Assembly (NCBI GenBank): GCA_965249485.1
Contig: OZ252239.1
Span: forward strand, 2,016,001 to 2,080,000
Source: a bacterium
GTDB taxonomy: Bacteria > SM23-31
Length of the DNA stretch: 64,000 bases
Reading direction: 5' to 3'
Shown here one piece after another: positions 49,944-60,435 of the stretch. Under the pieces are notes generated by a model. That model searched no databases. It worked only from the letters and a program-made list of their open reading frames with translations, and was not told the origin of the DNA. The translations under genes and the position numbers were made by a program. Within the stretch, counting starts at the first letter, position 1; the number at the start of each line of letters is the position of its first letter.

Positions 49944-50912
49944 ATGAAGAAGAAATTCCGTTTGGTTCTGTTTTCCAATACCTCATCTTCAGCAAAAGAA
50001 GTAAACTTATCTAAATTTCAAATAGTGCTTTTCTCTTTATTTGTCCTTTTTGTATTTTCATCTGTTACAGGTGTCGGCGTAAGTATTTTATCGGACTATT
50101 TATATAGTTTTAAAATCGGTTTACTGCAACAGGAGAGAAATCAGATTAGAGGTTCTCTTCAGGAAATGAAGCAGGATTTTACGCAACTTGAAAACAGATT
50201 GGAAAAACTTTACGAGATGGATCAAGAACTACGATTGTTGATTGATCTTGACGTATTTGACCCCGCGCTTCGCGAAGTCGGCATAGGCGGCGGCAATGAT
50301 ATTCCCGCCAGGCAAAGTGAATTTTTCTTTACCGAATCAGAATTAGTCTCTGATTTGTCTACTCAAAAATTGGTAAAGCTGAGTAACCTTGTTAATCTTC
50401 AGGAGAAAAGCTACGCTTCAATTTTAAGTGGACTTGAGGAGCATAAAGAGTGGTTACGATTCTATCCGTCCGGTAATCCTTTGGAAGGCGGTCGTGTAAC
50501 TTCTTGGTATGGTTACCGTAAAAATCCTTATGGCTCAGGACAGGAACATCATGATGGTGTTGATATATCGAAGCCGCGTGGTAGCCCTATCTATGCGGCA
50601 GCTGATGGGATAATTGATGTGATATCCAGCAAAGATCTGAGAACGGGGCTTGGCAGGTATATAGTGATTAATCATATGAGTGAGAAATATGGTTATATTA
50701 CCCAGTACGGTCATATGTTAAAATTTGAGCCTGGTCTGAAAAAAGGGATGTTTGTTAAAAGAGGTCGGAAGATCGGGGAAGTTGGTAGTAGCGGAAGGTC
50801 AACCGGTCCGCATCTCCATTATGCAATAAAATTCATTGATCCGAACTCAGGCGCTGAGCAGTATCGTGATCCACGACTCGAACATTGGAATCCAAAAGCT
50901 TACGGGTATTAA
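49944..50912 (+). CDS. M23 family peptidoglycan metallopeptidase
   Basis: TM anchor, coiled coil, HDGVD (HxxxD), YGH, STGPHLHY. Confidence 0.92.
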   Translation: MKKKFRLVLFSNTSSSAKEVNLSKFQIVLFSLFVLFVFSSVTGVGVSILSDYLYSFKIGLLQQERNQIRGSLQEMKQDFTQLENRLEKLYEMDQELRLLIDLDVFDPALREVGIGGGNDIPARQSEFFFTESELVSDLSTQKLVKLSNLVNLQEKSYASILSGLEEHKEWLRFYPSGNPLEGGRVTSWYGYRKNPYGSGQEHHDGVDISKPRGSPIYAAADGIIDVISSKDLRTGLGRYIVINHMSEKYGYITQYGHMLKFEPGLKKGMFVKRGRKIGEVGSSGRSTGPHLHYAIKFIDPNSGAEQYRDPRLEHWNPKAYGY

Positions 50913-50924
50913 AATTTTGAATGC

Positions 50925-50965
50925 AAATAAAAACCACCTGAAAAATTCAGGTGGTTTTTTTATTT
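50925..50965. terminator. Bidirectional intrinsic terminator
   Basis: AAAAACCACCTGAA-AAA-TTCAGGTGGTTTTTTT between convergent genes. Confidence 0.88.
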
Positions 50966-50979
50966 CTATAATTTATTTC

Positions 50980-51183
50980 CTAAGAAGCCATAGCAGGTTT
51001 TTTCACTTTACCCGACCGTATGCAGCTTGTACATACGCGCATTCTCGTAACTGTTCCGTTATCAGTCTCTACTTTAATCTTTTGCAAATTCGGAAGCCAT
51101 CTCCGTCTCGTTAAATTATGAGCATGGCTGACATTATTGCCGACAATCGGACCTTTACCGCATATTTCACAACGTTTGGCCAC
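50980..51183 (-). CDS. rpmB: 50S ribosomal protein L28 (Zn-binding form)
   Basis: GTG start with [16 protein letters not shown]...[19 protein letters not shown]...VCTSCIRSG. Confidence 0.96.
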   Translation of the reverse strand: MAKRCEICGKGPIVGNNVSHAHNLTRRRWLPNLQKIKVETDNGTVTRMRVCTSCIRSGKVKKPAMAS

Positions 51184-51379
51184 CGTATACCTCAATTCTA
51201 TTGTAGAATAAAATTAAGTTTAATAAAAATTCTTCTAAAAATCAATGGAAAAAAGCAAAACACCACATTATCAAATGACTTGTTATTTTTCGGTCATTGT
51301 CGTATATTTCATCTGAAAAAAATGGTAGTTAAACCGTTGGTTATCAATAAGTTTATATAGTGTATATATAGTCAATGTG

Positions 51380-52381
51380 ATGAAAATCGGTAATGTGAAA
51401 ATAGAAGGAAAAGTTGCGCTTGCCCCGCTGGCTGGTGTAACAGATATTCCATTCAGAATGATGTGCAAAGAACATGGCGCGGATGTCGTGTTTTCCGAAA
51501 TGGTCAGTTCAGAAGGACTTGTGAGGGGCTCGGAAAAAACAAATAAATATCTGAATTTCCTTGAAAGCGAACGACCGGTCGCACTTCAGCTTTTCGGAGG
51601 AAATCCGGAAGTTATGGGACAAGCTTCTGCAATTGTGGCAGAGCGAAAGCCTGATATAATTGATATAAATTTTGGTTGTCCTGTGAAAAAAGTTGTACGT
51701 AACGAAGCTGGATCAGCATTGCTGAAAGATCCACTGAAAATGGGGAGAATTGTTAATGCGATGGTAAAGTCTGTACCTGTTCCGGTAACTGCAAAAATCC
51801 GCTGCGGGTGGGATGAAAATTCAATGCCTGTATCGGAAATAGGAAAGATCCTTGAAGATAATGGTGCCGCCGCCATTGCAATTCACGCACGTACAAGACA
51901 AATGCAGTTTGAGGGGAAAGCGCTCTGGGATCAAATACGAAAGCTCAAAAACGCTGTGTCAATTCCCGTCATTGGTAATGGGGATGTACGGAATCCTGAA
52001 GATGCCCGGCGCATGTTTGCCGAAACAGGATGTGACATGGTTATGATTGGCCGTGGCGCAATGGGGAATCCTTGGATATTTAAGCAAATAAACCACTATC
52101 TCAAAGAAGGGAATATGCTTGAACAGCCTTCGGATGTAGAAAGAATTGAGGTGTGTCTCCGACAAATACGACTGTCACATGAATTTTATGGTCCTGCATA
52201 TACAAAGAATATAATGAAAAAACACATTGCTTGGTATGTTAAAGGTCTTCCAAACGGCTCAATATTGAAATCGAAAATTTTTGGGGCTTTGGATTATCAA
52301 ATGATGCAGAGTATTCTGGAAGAGTATTTCGATCAAATGTTGATAGATAATCCAGGCGATACATTTAGTGCTTATAACTAA
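51380..52381 (+). CDS. dusB: tRNA dihydrouridine synthase B
   Basis: LAPLAGVTD, IDINFGCP, HARTR, IGNGD, IGRGAMGNPW. Confidence 0.93.
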   Translation: MKIGNVKIEGKVALAPLAGVTDIPFRMMCKEHGADVVFSEMVSSEGLVRGSEKTNKYLNFLESERPVALQLFGGNPEVMGQASAIVAERKPDIIDINFGCPVKKVVRNEAGSALLKDPLKMGRIVNAMVKSVPVPVTAKIRCGWDENSMPVSEIGKILEDNGAAAIAIHARTRQMQFEGKALWDQIRKLKNAVSIPVIGNGDVRNPEDARRMFAETGCDMVMIGRGAMGNPWIFKQINHYLKEGNMLEQPSDVERIEVCLRQIRLSHEFYGPAYTKNIMKKHIAWYVKGLPNGSILKSKIFGALDYQMMQSILEEYFDQMLIDNPGDTFSAYN

Positions 52382-52482
52382 CGAAAAAGCGGGTAGTTCT
52401 ATTTAGTGTGTACGATAGCACTTTTTTCGCATTTGTTTCTACTCCTTCAACTAAACACAATTAAAGATTGTGCTCTTACCTT

Positions 52483-53244
52483 ATGAATGAATCAAACTTA
52501 AAAAAGTACCTTGAACAGTACAAAAACGGGAATATTTCTGAAGATGATATCATTGGACATGTAAAGAAGTTGTCCACAGAAAATCTTGAGTTTGCACGGA
52601 TTGACCATCATCGGGCACTTCGCAAAGGATTTCCTGAAGTCATCTATTGTGAAGGGAAAAGAAATGACCAAATTAGAAAAATTGCCGAATCAATATTGAA
52701 AAATGACGGAATAGTATTAGCTACTCGTGCGACATCTGAAAATTATGAATATCTTATGACCTACCTTCCCGAACTCGTATTTTATCCTGATGCACGAATA
52801 ATTGCTACTCCGATTGAACCGGATGAAAAAGTGTCAAAAATGAAGTTAATTCTTATTGTGTCTGCCGGAACTGCTGATATTTCGGTTGCTGAAGAGGCTG
52901 CTGTGACAGCACGAGTGCTGGGTAACAATGTGAAAACTATTTATGATATTGGTGTTGCGGGAATGCATCGAATGCTCGACCATACTGAGGAATTTGATAA
53001 AGCAGGAGTGATTATTGTGGTTGCCGGTATGGAAGGGGCACTCGTCAGTGCAGTAGGTGGATTAACCAACAAGCCTATCATTGCTGTACCCACATCTGTC
53101 GGATACGGAACTGGTTTCGGCGGCCTTGCGGCATTAATGTCTATGCTAAATAGTTGTGCTTCAGGTATAACGGTAGTCAATATTGACAATGGTTTCGGCG
53201 CTGGCTTTGCGGCATCTTTAATAATTGATACGAAAAGTGTCTAA
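52483..53244 (+). CDS. larB: Nickel pincer cofactor biosynthesis protein LarB (PurE-like)
   Basis: ARIDHHRALRKGFPEVI, SAGTAD, AGMEGAL, VPTSVGYG, VVNIDNGFGA. Confidence 0.93.
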   Translation: MNESNLKKYLEQYKNGNISEDDIIGHVKKLSTENLEFARIDHHRALRKGFPEVIYCEGKRNDQIRKIAESILKNDGIVLATRATSENYEYLMTYLPELVFYPDARIIATPIEPDEKVSKMKLILIVSAGTADISVAEEAAVTARVLGNNVKTIYDIGVAGMHRMLDHTEEFDKAGVIIVVAGMEGALVSAVGGLTNKPIIAVPTSVGYGTGFGGLAALMSMLNSCASGITVVNIDNGFGAGFAASLIIDTKSV

Positions 53245-53473
53245 AAACTTTTCTAGTTGATAGGCACAGCTAATTTGGAGTACCACGCTATTATTTGTTC
53301 TTATTAATTATATTATTGCGCTAACGTTTTACGAGTTTGAAGTATTATACAAAGTGTAATGATAATACGCATAGTATAGTTTAAAAAGTAGTTGAATTTC
53401 TATACTTCCATGTGAATAGTTTGAGCGATCTTATAGTAACCACCTTTAAAACTCCATTGAATCTTTCCATATT

Positions 53474-55840
53474 ATGGGTGAAATAGGCGCAAAAGTACAT
53501 GTCTCCATTCCGGATGTATTGCCTATCTTAGTTCTCGATAACGAGATTCTATTTCCAAATATTATAATGCCTTATTCTGTATACGATGAGAATAATATTG
53601 ATATGATCAATAATTCGCTCATTGATACAAAACTGGTTGGTGCATTTTCCGGGATAAAATCAAATGAAAAGAAGAACAACAATAATGATATCTTTGAATA
53701 CGGTGTCGGAGCTGTTGTACTAAACCTTTTTAAAATTCCTGATGGCAGTATTCGGATTATTTTGCAAGGGCTTCAGCGGATTCAGATGGATGAAATAGTT
53801 CAGCAGGATCCATATCTGCAGGCAAAGATTCACAAAGTTAAAGATGTTTATCGCAAGACTATTAAAGTGGAGGCGCTGCAGCGAAACATCCTTGAAGGTT
53901 TCAAGTCGATTGTCAAATTGTCTAAAGAAATTCCTGAAGAAATTTTAACAGCGGCAATGAATATTAACGAGCCGTCGGTATTAGCTGATTTTATAGCATC
54001 CAATATGGAGATGAAGTTCGAAGACCGCAGAAAAATTTTACAGGAGTCGAATGTTGAAATGCGCCTTAAGGAGCTTTCAGGTATTATTGGGAATGAAGTT
54101 AAAATGCTGGAGATTGGTGACCAGATTCAATCTCAAATTTCAACGCAATTTGACAAAAATCAACGTAAGTATTTTCTTCGCGAACAGTTGAAAGCAATCA
54201 AAAAAGAACTTGGTGAAAATGAGGATATGCCTTCTGAAGTAACTGAATATGTTGATAAAATAAAAAAGGCAAATATGTCCAAAGAGGCACGAACCGTTGC
54301 CGAAAATGAACTTGACCGTCTTCATCGGATGAATCCGGCTTCCGCAGAATATTCTGTAGCATTGACTTACCTTGATTGGTTGACCAGTTTACCATGGACA
54401 ATCGCTACGCAAGATTCGGTTGACATTGATAAAGCGAAAAGTATTCTCGATGAAGATCACCACGGTTTGGATGATATCAAAGAAAGAATTCTAGAATTTC
54501 TTGCAGTCCGGAAACTCAATAACAAGAAAAAGGGTCCCATTTTGTGTTTTGTTGGCCCTCCTGGCGTGGGTAAAACGTCACTTGGTCAGTCAATTGCTCG
54601 GGCACTCGACAGAAAATTTATGCGGTTATCACTCGGTGGAATCAGGGATGAAGCAGAAATACGAGGACACCGGAGAACCTATGTCGGTGCACTGCCAGGA
54701 CGAATCATGCATGGCATAAAGAAATCAGGGACGAAGAATCACGTTTTCATGCTTGATGAGGTCGATAAGGTTGGGAGTGATTTCAGAGGAGATCCTTCTT
54801 CTGCTCTTTTGGAAGTGCTTGATCCACAGCAGAACGTGAGTTTTTCGGATCACTATATCGACGTTGCATTCGACTTGTCGAATGTTATGTTCATAGCAAC
54901 TGCTAATGAACTCTATCCGATTCCGCTTCCATTGCGCGACAGGATGGAAATTATCCAGCTGCCGGGATACATAAACGAAGACAAACTGAAAATTGCACAA
55001 CGCTTTCTCATTCCAAGACAGATTGATGAAAATGCACTTACCGAAGAGAATATCTCGTTTACAAGACAGGCGTTGAACAGAATAATAACAGAATATACCC
55101 GGGAAGCGGGAGTCAGAAACTTAGAGAGAGAGATCGGCCGTATCTGCAGAAAAGTTGCCCGGCAGATTGTATCGGGGAATAAAGAGAATGTCAAAATTGA
55201 CAAAGAAAAAGTGGTCAAATATCTTGGTTCTGCGAAGTATATACCAGATATCACAAATCGGAAAAATGAAATTGGTATAGCAACCGGATTAGCATGGACT
55301 CCATTTGGCGGTGAAGTTTTGTATATCGAATCTGTATTGATGAAAGGAAATAAAGGTTTTATTCTTACCGTGCAGTTAGGCGATGTGATGAAGGAGTCTG
55401 CACGTGCTGCTCTGAGTTATATACGTTCAAAATCCGATGATCTGAAAATCGATTCAAAGACTTTTGAATCCAATGATATTCATATCCATATCCCCGCAGG
55501 TGCAACACCGAAAGACGGCCCTTCGGCAGGTGTCACGATTGCAACTTCATTAGCGTCTCTCCTGACAAAACGGCCAATACGGAGCGATGTTGCAATGACC
55601 GGTGAAATAACCCTGCGTGGCAAAATCATGCCAGTTGGTGGTATTCGTGAAAAAGTAATTGCTGCAAAGCGGGCTGGAATAAAAACAATCATTATACCGA
55701 AGAAAAATGAAAGCAGCCTCGAAGAAATTCCGGAAAACATACTGAAAAACCTTCAACTTTTGACTGTGCAATCTATTGATGAAGTGTGGAAAGTAGCGCT
55801 GGTTGGAAGTAGAAGCTCCCGCACAATCAAAAAAAAATGA
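53474..55840 (+). CDS. lon: ATP-dependent Lon protease
   Basis: LON N-domain, GPPGVGKTS, DEAEIRGHRRTY, PKDGPSAG, AMTGEITL, GGIREK. Confidence 0.97.
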   Translation: MGEIGAKVHVSIPDVLPILVLDNEILFPNIIMPYSVYDENNIDMINNSLIDTKLVGAFSGIKSNEKKNNNNDIFEYGVGAVVLNLFKIPDGSIRIILQGLQRIQMDEIVQQDPYLQAKIHKVKDVYRKTIKVEALQRNILEGFKSIVKLSKEIPEEILTAAMNINEPSVLADFIASNMEMKFEDRRKILQESNVEMRLKELSGIIGNEVKMLEIGDQIQSQISTQFDKNQRKYFLREQLKAIKKELGENEDMPSEVTEYVDKIKKANMSKEARTVAENELDRLHRMNPASAEYSVALTYLDWLTSLPWTIATQDSVDIDKAKSILDEDHHGLDDIKERILEFLAVRKLNNKKKGPILCFVGPPGVGKTSLGQSIARALDRKFMRLSLGGIRDEAEIRGHRRTYVGALPGRIMHGIKKSGTKNHVFMLDEVDKVGSDFRGDPSSALLEVLDPQQNVSFSDHYIDVAFDLSNVMFIATANELYPIPLPLRDRMEIIQLPGYINEDKLKIAQRFLIPRQIDENALTEENISFTRQALNRIITEYTREAGVRNLEREIGRICRKVARQIVSGNKENVKIDKEKVVKYLGSAKYIPDITNRKNEIGIATGLAWTPFGGEVLYIESVLMKGNKGFILTVQLGDVMKESARAALSYIRSKSDDLKIDSKTFESNDIHIHIPAGATPKDGPSAGVTIATSLASLLTKRPIRSDVAMTGEITLRGKIMPVGGIREKVIAAKRAGIKTIIIPKKNESSLEEIPENILKNLQLLTVQSIDEVWKVALVGSRSSRTIKKK

Positions 55841-55995
55841 CCTGTTTTTGCTGATAACATTAAAGATTTTTCTAAAATAACGGATAACTTATACAGTGGG
55901 TAGTTCTGAAATCTGGTTTCTGGTTTCAGATTGCTCACGATTATCGATATAATTAAGAATGTAATTCAATTTAAATTTTATTGCACAGTTGACCT

Positions 55996-56175
55996 ATGGA
56001 AGACTTAGAAACTCCGGTAGTAGAGGAAATAAAAGAAGAGGAAGAGTTCGTTGAAGAAGAGTTTGAGGAGGAAGGTCCGGTAACCTTCGACGATATTGTT
56101 TCCTTCACTATGCTCCTTGAAACTGCAGTCATGCTCATTGCTATTGGTGTGTTTACGTTCTTTTATGTATTATAA
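55996..56175 (+). CDS. Small acidic protein with C-terminal membrane anchor (59 aa, below the ORF track cutoff)
   Basis: MEDLETPVVEEIKEEEEFVEEEFEEEGPVTFDDIVSFTMLLETAVMLIAIGVFTFFYVL*. Confidence 0.6.
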   Translation: MEDLETPVVEEIKEEEEFVEEEFEEEGPVTFDDIVSFTMLLETAVMLIAIGVFTFFYVL

Positions 56176-56404
56176 CATCCTTAATCCAAAAGCATCCTTC
56201 CCAATCGGCGTACCCATTCATTCCTGTTGTTTTCATTGATTTTTTCATAAATTTTAAGTACTCTAAACGCTGTGAATTTTTAGATTTTTTTCTCAAAATT
56301 TATTGTATTAGAATGATTCAGCGTGCAAAGTGCTGTATGAGTAATTTACTTTGTGATTCCCGATAAATGACCAAAGAACGAGTGTTCAAACCAATTAGCA
56401 AAAT

Positions 56405-58363
56405 ATGTCACAAAACCTTATCGAAAAAATTGTTCAAAATTATGCTGTAGATATTGAGAACGGTGTTCAATTGTACAGCGGAGACTATATTTTTGTTAAG
56501 CCTGATTATGTCATGACGCATGATAACTCATCTGCTGTTATAAATAAGTTTAATTCATTGAATATTGATACAGTTGCCGATGTCCGACAGATTGTTCTGA
56601 CGCTTGATCACAATATTCAGGATACGAGTGAGAAAAATCTGGCAAAATATCGGAGTATTGAACAATTTGCGCGGAAGCATGGAATCGATTTTTATCCTGC
56701 CGGACGTGGAATTGGTCACCAGATTATGTGTGAAGAAGGATATGCATGGCCCGGAACGCTGGTTGTTGCATCTGACAGCCATTCAAATATGTACGGCGGT
56801 CTTGGGTGTCTCGGTACTCCGGTTGTGAGGTCGGATGCTGCAGCTATCTGGGCAACCGGTGAAACATGGTGGCAGATACCACCAGTTGCGCAGTGTGAAT
56901 TCCGGGGAGAGTTGCGGCCCGGTGTAAGCGGAAAAGATATTATCGTCACACTCTGCGGCCTTTATAATAACGATGAAGTGCTTAATCATGCTGTAGAATT
57001 TGTAGGAGAATCAGTCTCCTCACTCAGCATCGATCAGCGGTTAACCATTGCCAATATGACTACTGAATGGGGGGCATTAGCCGGTGTGTTTCCGATCGAC
57101 GATGTGACATGTGCATGGTTACAGAAACGAATGAGTTTTATTCAGCAGCGTGAATCGAACATCGAAAAAAAATCAAGGATTACTGAAACACGTATTGCAG
57201 AACTTGAGAACGAACCGCTGCATGCAGATCAAGATGCGTTTTATGCAAAAAAATTGATGCTCGATCTTTCACATGTCAGACCCCATGTATCCGGCCCGGA
57301 TCATGTGAAAACTATGGTCAGTGTATCAGAGATAGAACAAAAAAACATAAAAGTGGATAAGGCGTACCTTGTTTCATGTGTTAATAGTAGAGTAGGGGAT
57401 ATTGCCGAAGCTGCTGAAATAGTTCGAGGCAAATCAATTGCTAACAGCGTAGAGTTCTATATTAGTGCCGCGTCGAGTGAAGTAGAGGAGGAGAGCAAAA
57501 ATAGAGGAGACTGGCAGATTCTCGTCGATGCGGGAGCAATTCCCCTTCCTCCTGGATGCGGTCCATGTATTGGGTTGGGAAAGGGTTTATTACAGGATGG
57601 TGAAGTCGGAATTTCTGCCACAAACAGAAATTTTAAAGGGCGCATGGGCTCTCGTAATGCGCAGGCTTATCTGGGTTCACCCGCTGTTGTTGCCGCTTCT
57701 GCGGTAGCCGGTAAAATCTCAGCACCGCAACATTTTGAAAATGTGCGTCCTGAGCGTAATATTACTGTCAATACCCGGAAGCAGACTTCAACACATTCTG
57801 TTACTCTTATTGAAGGAATGCCGGAAACTATTGAAGGTGAACTTCTCTACTGTTTTCAGGACAACCTTAACACTGATGGAATTTATCCCGGAAAATACAC
57901 CTACAATGAGGAAATTTTCGGCGAGAAAATGGTCGATGTTGTAATGGAGAATTACGATCCCGGATTCAGGAACCTCGTGAAAGAAGGAGACATTCTTGTC
58001 GGCGGTACTAATTTCGGAACCGGAAGTTCACGTGAACAGGCGGCCACAGCATTCCAGCACAGCGGTATCAGGATGGTAGTTGCTGCCTCTCTGAGCGAAA
58101 CCTATAAGAGAAATGCGTTGAATAACGGATTGCTGATTCTGGAATCACCCGACCTGGTTTCGGAATTGAAATCACGTTTTGGAGACACATCATTAACGGT
58201 CCGAACCGGGGAAACTGCCAGAGTTGTCATTGGTAAAGGCGTCGTTGAGGCATTTAACAAAGAATTTCCATGTACACAGATGGGACCTACAGCCCAGGAA
58301 TTGTATATTGTGGGTGGGATCGTTCAGTGGATCAAGCAAAAATCTTTAATAAATGGACGATAA
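56405..58363 (+). CDS. lysF: Homoaconitase, single-chain (fungal Lys4/LysF-like)
   Basis: MTHDN, FYPAGRGIGHQ, ASDSHSNMYGG, TWWQIPP, ANMTTEWG; Fe-S Cys in SCVNSR and CGPCIG; fused swivel domain NTDGIYPG, NFGTGSSREQA. Confidence 0.85.
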   Translation: MSQNLIEKIVQNYAVDIENGVQLYSGDYIFVKPDYVMTHDNSSAVINKFNSLNIDTVADVRQIVLTLDHNIQDTSEKNLAKYRSIEQFARKHGIDFYPAGRGIGHQIMCEEGYAWPGTLVVASDSHSNMYGGLGCLGTPVVRSDAAAIWATGETWWQIPPVAQCEFRGELRPGVSGKDIIVTLCGLYNNDEVLNHAVEFVGESVSSLSIDQRLTIANMTTEWGALAGVFPIDDVTCAWLQKRMSFIQQRESNIEKKSRITETRIAELENEPLHADQDAFYAKKLMLDLSHVRPHVSGPDHVKTMVSVSEIEQKNIKVDKAYLVSCVNSRVGDIAEAAEIVRGKSIANSVEFYISAASSEVEEESKNRGDWQILVDAGAIPLPPGCGPCIGLGKGLLQDGEVGISATNRNFKGRMGSRNAQAYLGSPAVVAASAVAGKISAPQHFENVRPERNITVNTRKQTSTHSVTLIEGMPETIEGELLYCFQDNLNTDGIYPGKYTYNEEIFGEKMVDVVMENYDPGFRNLVKEGDILVGGTNFGTGSSREQAATAFQHSGIRMVVAASLSETYKRNALNNGLLILESPDLVSELKSRFGDTSLTVRTGETARVVIGKGVVEAFNKEFPCTQMGPTAQELYIVGGIVQWIKQKSLINGR

Positions 58364-58439
58364 CTGTGTCGTATAAATATATTGAATTACAATTATTAAT
58401 TCTGCAGTACGATTAGTTGAATTGAGAAGGTTAGACAGA

Positions 58440-59558
58440 ATGACAAAAAGATCTATTGCGGTTCTTCCCGGCGATGGAGTAGGGAAGGATGTGACGGAAG
58501 CGGCACTTAAAGTGCTCGATGCTTCTGGATTTGAAGCAAAATATGAGCATGGTGATATCGGGTGGGAATTCTGGTGCTCTGAAGGTAACCCGCTTCCTGA
58601 CAGGACAATTAAACTGCTCAAAAAAACCGATTGTGCTCTGTTCGGTGCAATCACATCAAAACCAAAAGAAGAAGCTACAGATGAATTAGATGCGGCGCTG
58701 CAGGGCAAAGGATTTGAATATACAAGTCCAATAGTAAAACTACGGCAAATGTTCAAGCTGCACACCAATATCAGACCGTGTAAAGCATATCCCGGAAATC
58801 CGCTAAATTACCACGACTCAATCGACATAGTGGTTTTCCGAGAAAACACCGAAGGGTTGTACGCCGGAGTAGAATTTCATCCTTTGCCTGAAGAAGTTTA
58901 CAATGTTCTGGCAAAGCACAACACTAAAATGGAGCGATTTGGAGATAATATTTCGGATGTAGCTCTGTCGTGCAGAGTTTTTACGCGGGATGCCTGCAAA
59001 AGTATTGCCCGGCAGGGTTTTGTATATGCCAAAAATCATGGGTATCAATCGGTAACCGTAGTTGAAAAACCGAATGTGATCCGGGAGACCAGCGGACTCA
59101 TGCTAAGGGAAGCACGTATAATCGCACAGGATTACCCGGACATCGAATTATGGGAGACAAATATTGATGCTCAATGTATGTGGTTAGTTAAAAATCCGGA
59201 AGACTATGGTGTCATTGTTTCAACCAATATGTTTGGAGATATTCTTTCTGATTTAGGGGCACAGCTTGTTGGCGGTCTTGGATTTTCACCGAGCGGAAAT
59301 ATTGGTGATACATTTGCGGTCTTTGAGCCAACACACGGATCTGCACCAAAATACAAGGGACAAAACAAAGTAAATCCAATCGCGATGATTTTGACGGCAA
59401 AACTTATGCTTGAATGGCTTGGTGAAACTAAATCAGCAAATCGTATCGAGCAGGCAGTTACCGATGTGATTAAGAAAGGTGAAGTCCGGACATATGATAT
59501 GGGTGGAAAAGCATCCACCACAGAAATGGCGGACGAAATTATTCGAAATTTGATGTAG
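58440..59558 (+). CDS. Beta-decarboxylating dehydrogenase, probably homoisocitrate dehydrogenase
   Basis: LPGDGVG, FRENTEGLY, NMFGDILSD, FEPTHGSAP, NPIAMIL; adjacent to homoaconitase. Confidence 0.8.
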   Translation: MTKRSIAVLPGDGVGKDVTEAALKVLDASGFEAKYEHGDIGWEFWCSEGNPLPDRTIKLLKKTDCALFGAITSKPKEEATDELDAALQGKGFEYTSPIVKLRQMFKLHTNIRPCKAYPGNPLNYHDSIDIVVFRENTEGLYAGVEFHPLPEEVYNVLAKHNTKMERFGDNISDVALSCRVFTRDACKSIARQGFVYAKNHGYQSVTVVEKPNVIRETSGLMLREARIIAQDYPDIELWETNIDAQCMWLVKNPEDYGVIVSTNMFGDILSDLGAQLVGGLGFSPSGNIGDTFAVFEPTHGSAPKYKGQNKVNPIAMILTAKLMLEWLGETKSANRIEQAVTDVIKKGEVRTYDMGGKASTTEMADEIIRNLM

Positions 59559-59660
59559 TTCTGTTGTTTAGTGGAATAACATGACTGAGAGTTTACTGGG
59601 GTGTTTTAAGCAAAAAACAATCTCTTTTCTATTGATAAAAATTTATTCGTTTGTTACCTT

Positions 59661-60179
59661 ATGAAGATTTTTGAAGATTTAAATGAATCCGGATTTGATG
59701 TGACCGAATCTTTCTCTTACGGTATGAATTTTGCCCTGCATGAAGCTGAAAAAGCGTATGATGCTAAGGAAGTCCCTGTCGGTGCCGTCATAATTCATGA
59801 TGGACTCATAATCGGAAAAGGGCACAATCAAGTCGAGACGCTGAATGATCCGACCGCTCATGCGGAGATCATCGCGATCACCGCCGCAGCAGCGTACCTG
59901 GGGTCCAAATGGCTCTATGAAGCCGATCTGTATGTGACCAAGGAGCCGTGCGTGATGTGTGCAGGTGCTATTGTCCATGCCCGGATTAAAAGCTTGATTT
60001 TCGGTGCCTCTGATATAAAAGCCGGGGCATGTGGTACTGTCCTCAATGTGGTACAGAATTCCCGCTTGAATCATGCAGTGAATGTAATTAGTGGAATCGA
60101 AGAAACGAAATGCTCTTCGTTACTGACTTCATTTTTCGAGCAATTGCGAAAAGAAAAGAAAGTACAAAAGAAGTCATAA
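59661..60179 (+). CDS. tadA: tRNA adenosine(34) deaminase
   Basis: EVPVGA, DPTAHAE, EPCVMCAGA, FFEQLR. Confidence 0.93.
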   Translation: MKIFEDLNESGFDVTESFSYGMNFALHEAEKAYDAKEVPVGAVIIHDGLIIGKGHNQVETLNDPTAHAEIIAITAAAAYLGSKWLYEADLYVTKEPCVMCAGAIVHARIKSLIFGASDIKAGACGTVLNVVQNSRLNHAVNVISGIEETKCSSLLTSFFEQLRKEKKVQKKS

Positions 60180-60242
60180 AACAAATTGTTGAATCATGCT
60201 GTTATCAGTATGAGACAGATTTTGTTGTTGTGTGATGTACAT

Positions 60243-60329
60243 GGAGAGGTGTCCGAGTGGCTTAAGGAGCACGCTTGGAAAGCGTGTGTGCGTTTACGCG
60301 TACCGAGGGTTCGAATCCCTCCCTCTCCG
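60243..60329 (+). tRNA. tRNA-Ser(GGA)
   Basis: GGAGAGG...CACGC-TTGGAAA-GCGTG, long variable arm, GTTCGAATCC, CCTCTCCG. Confidence 0.96.
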
Positions 60330-60347
60330 CAACAATGTTTCAATTCA

Positions 60348-60435
<88 letters not shown>

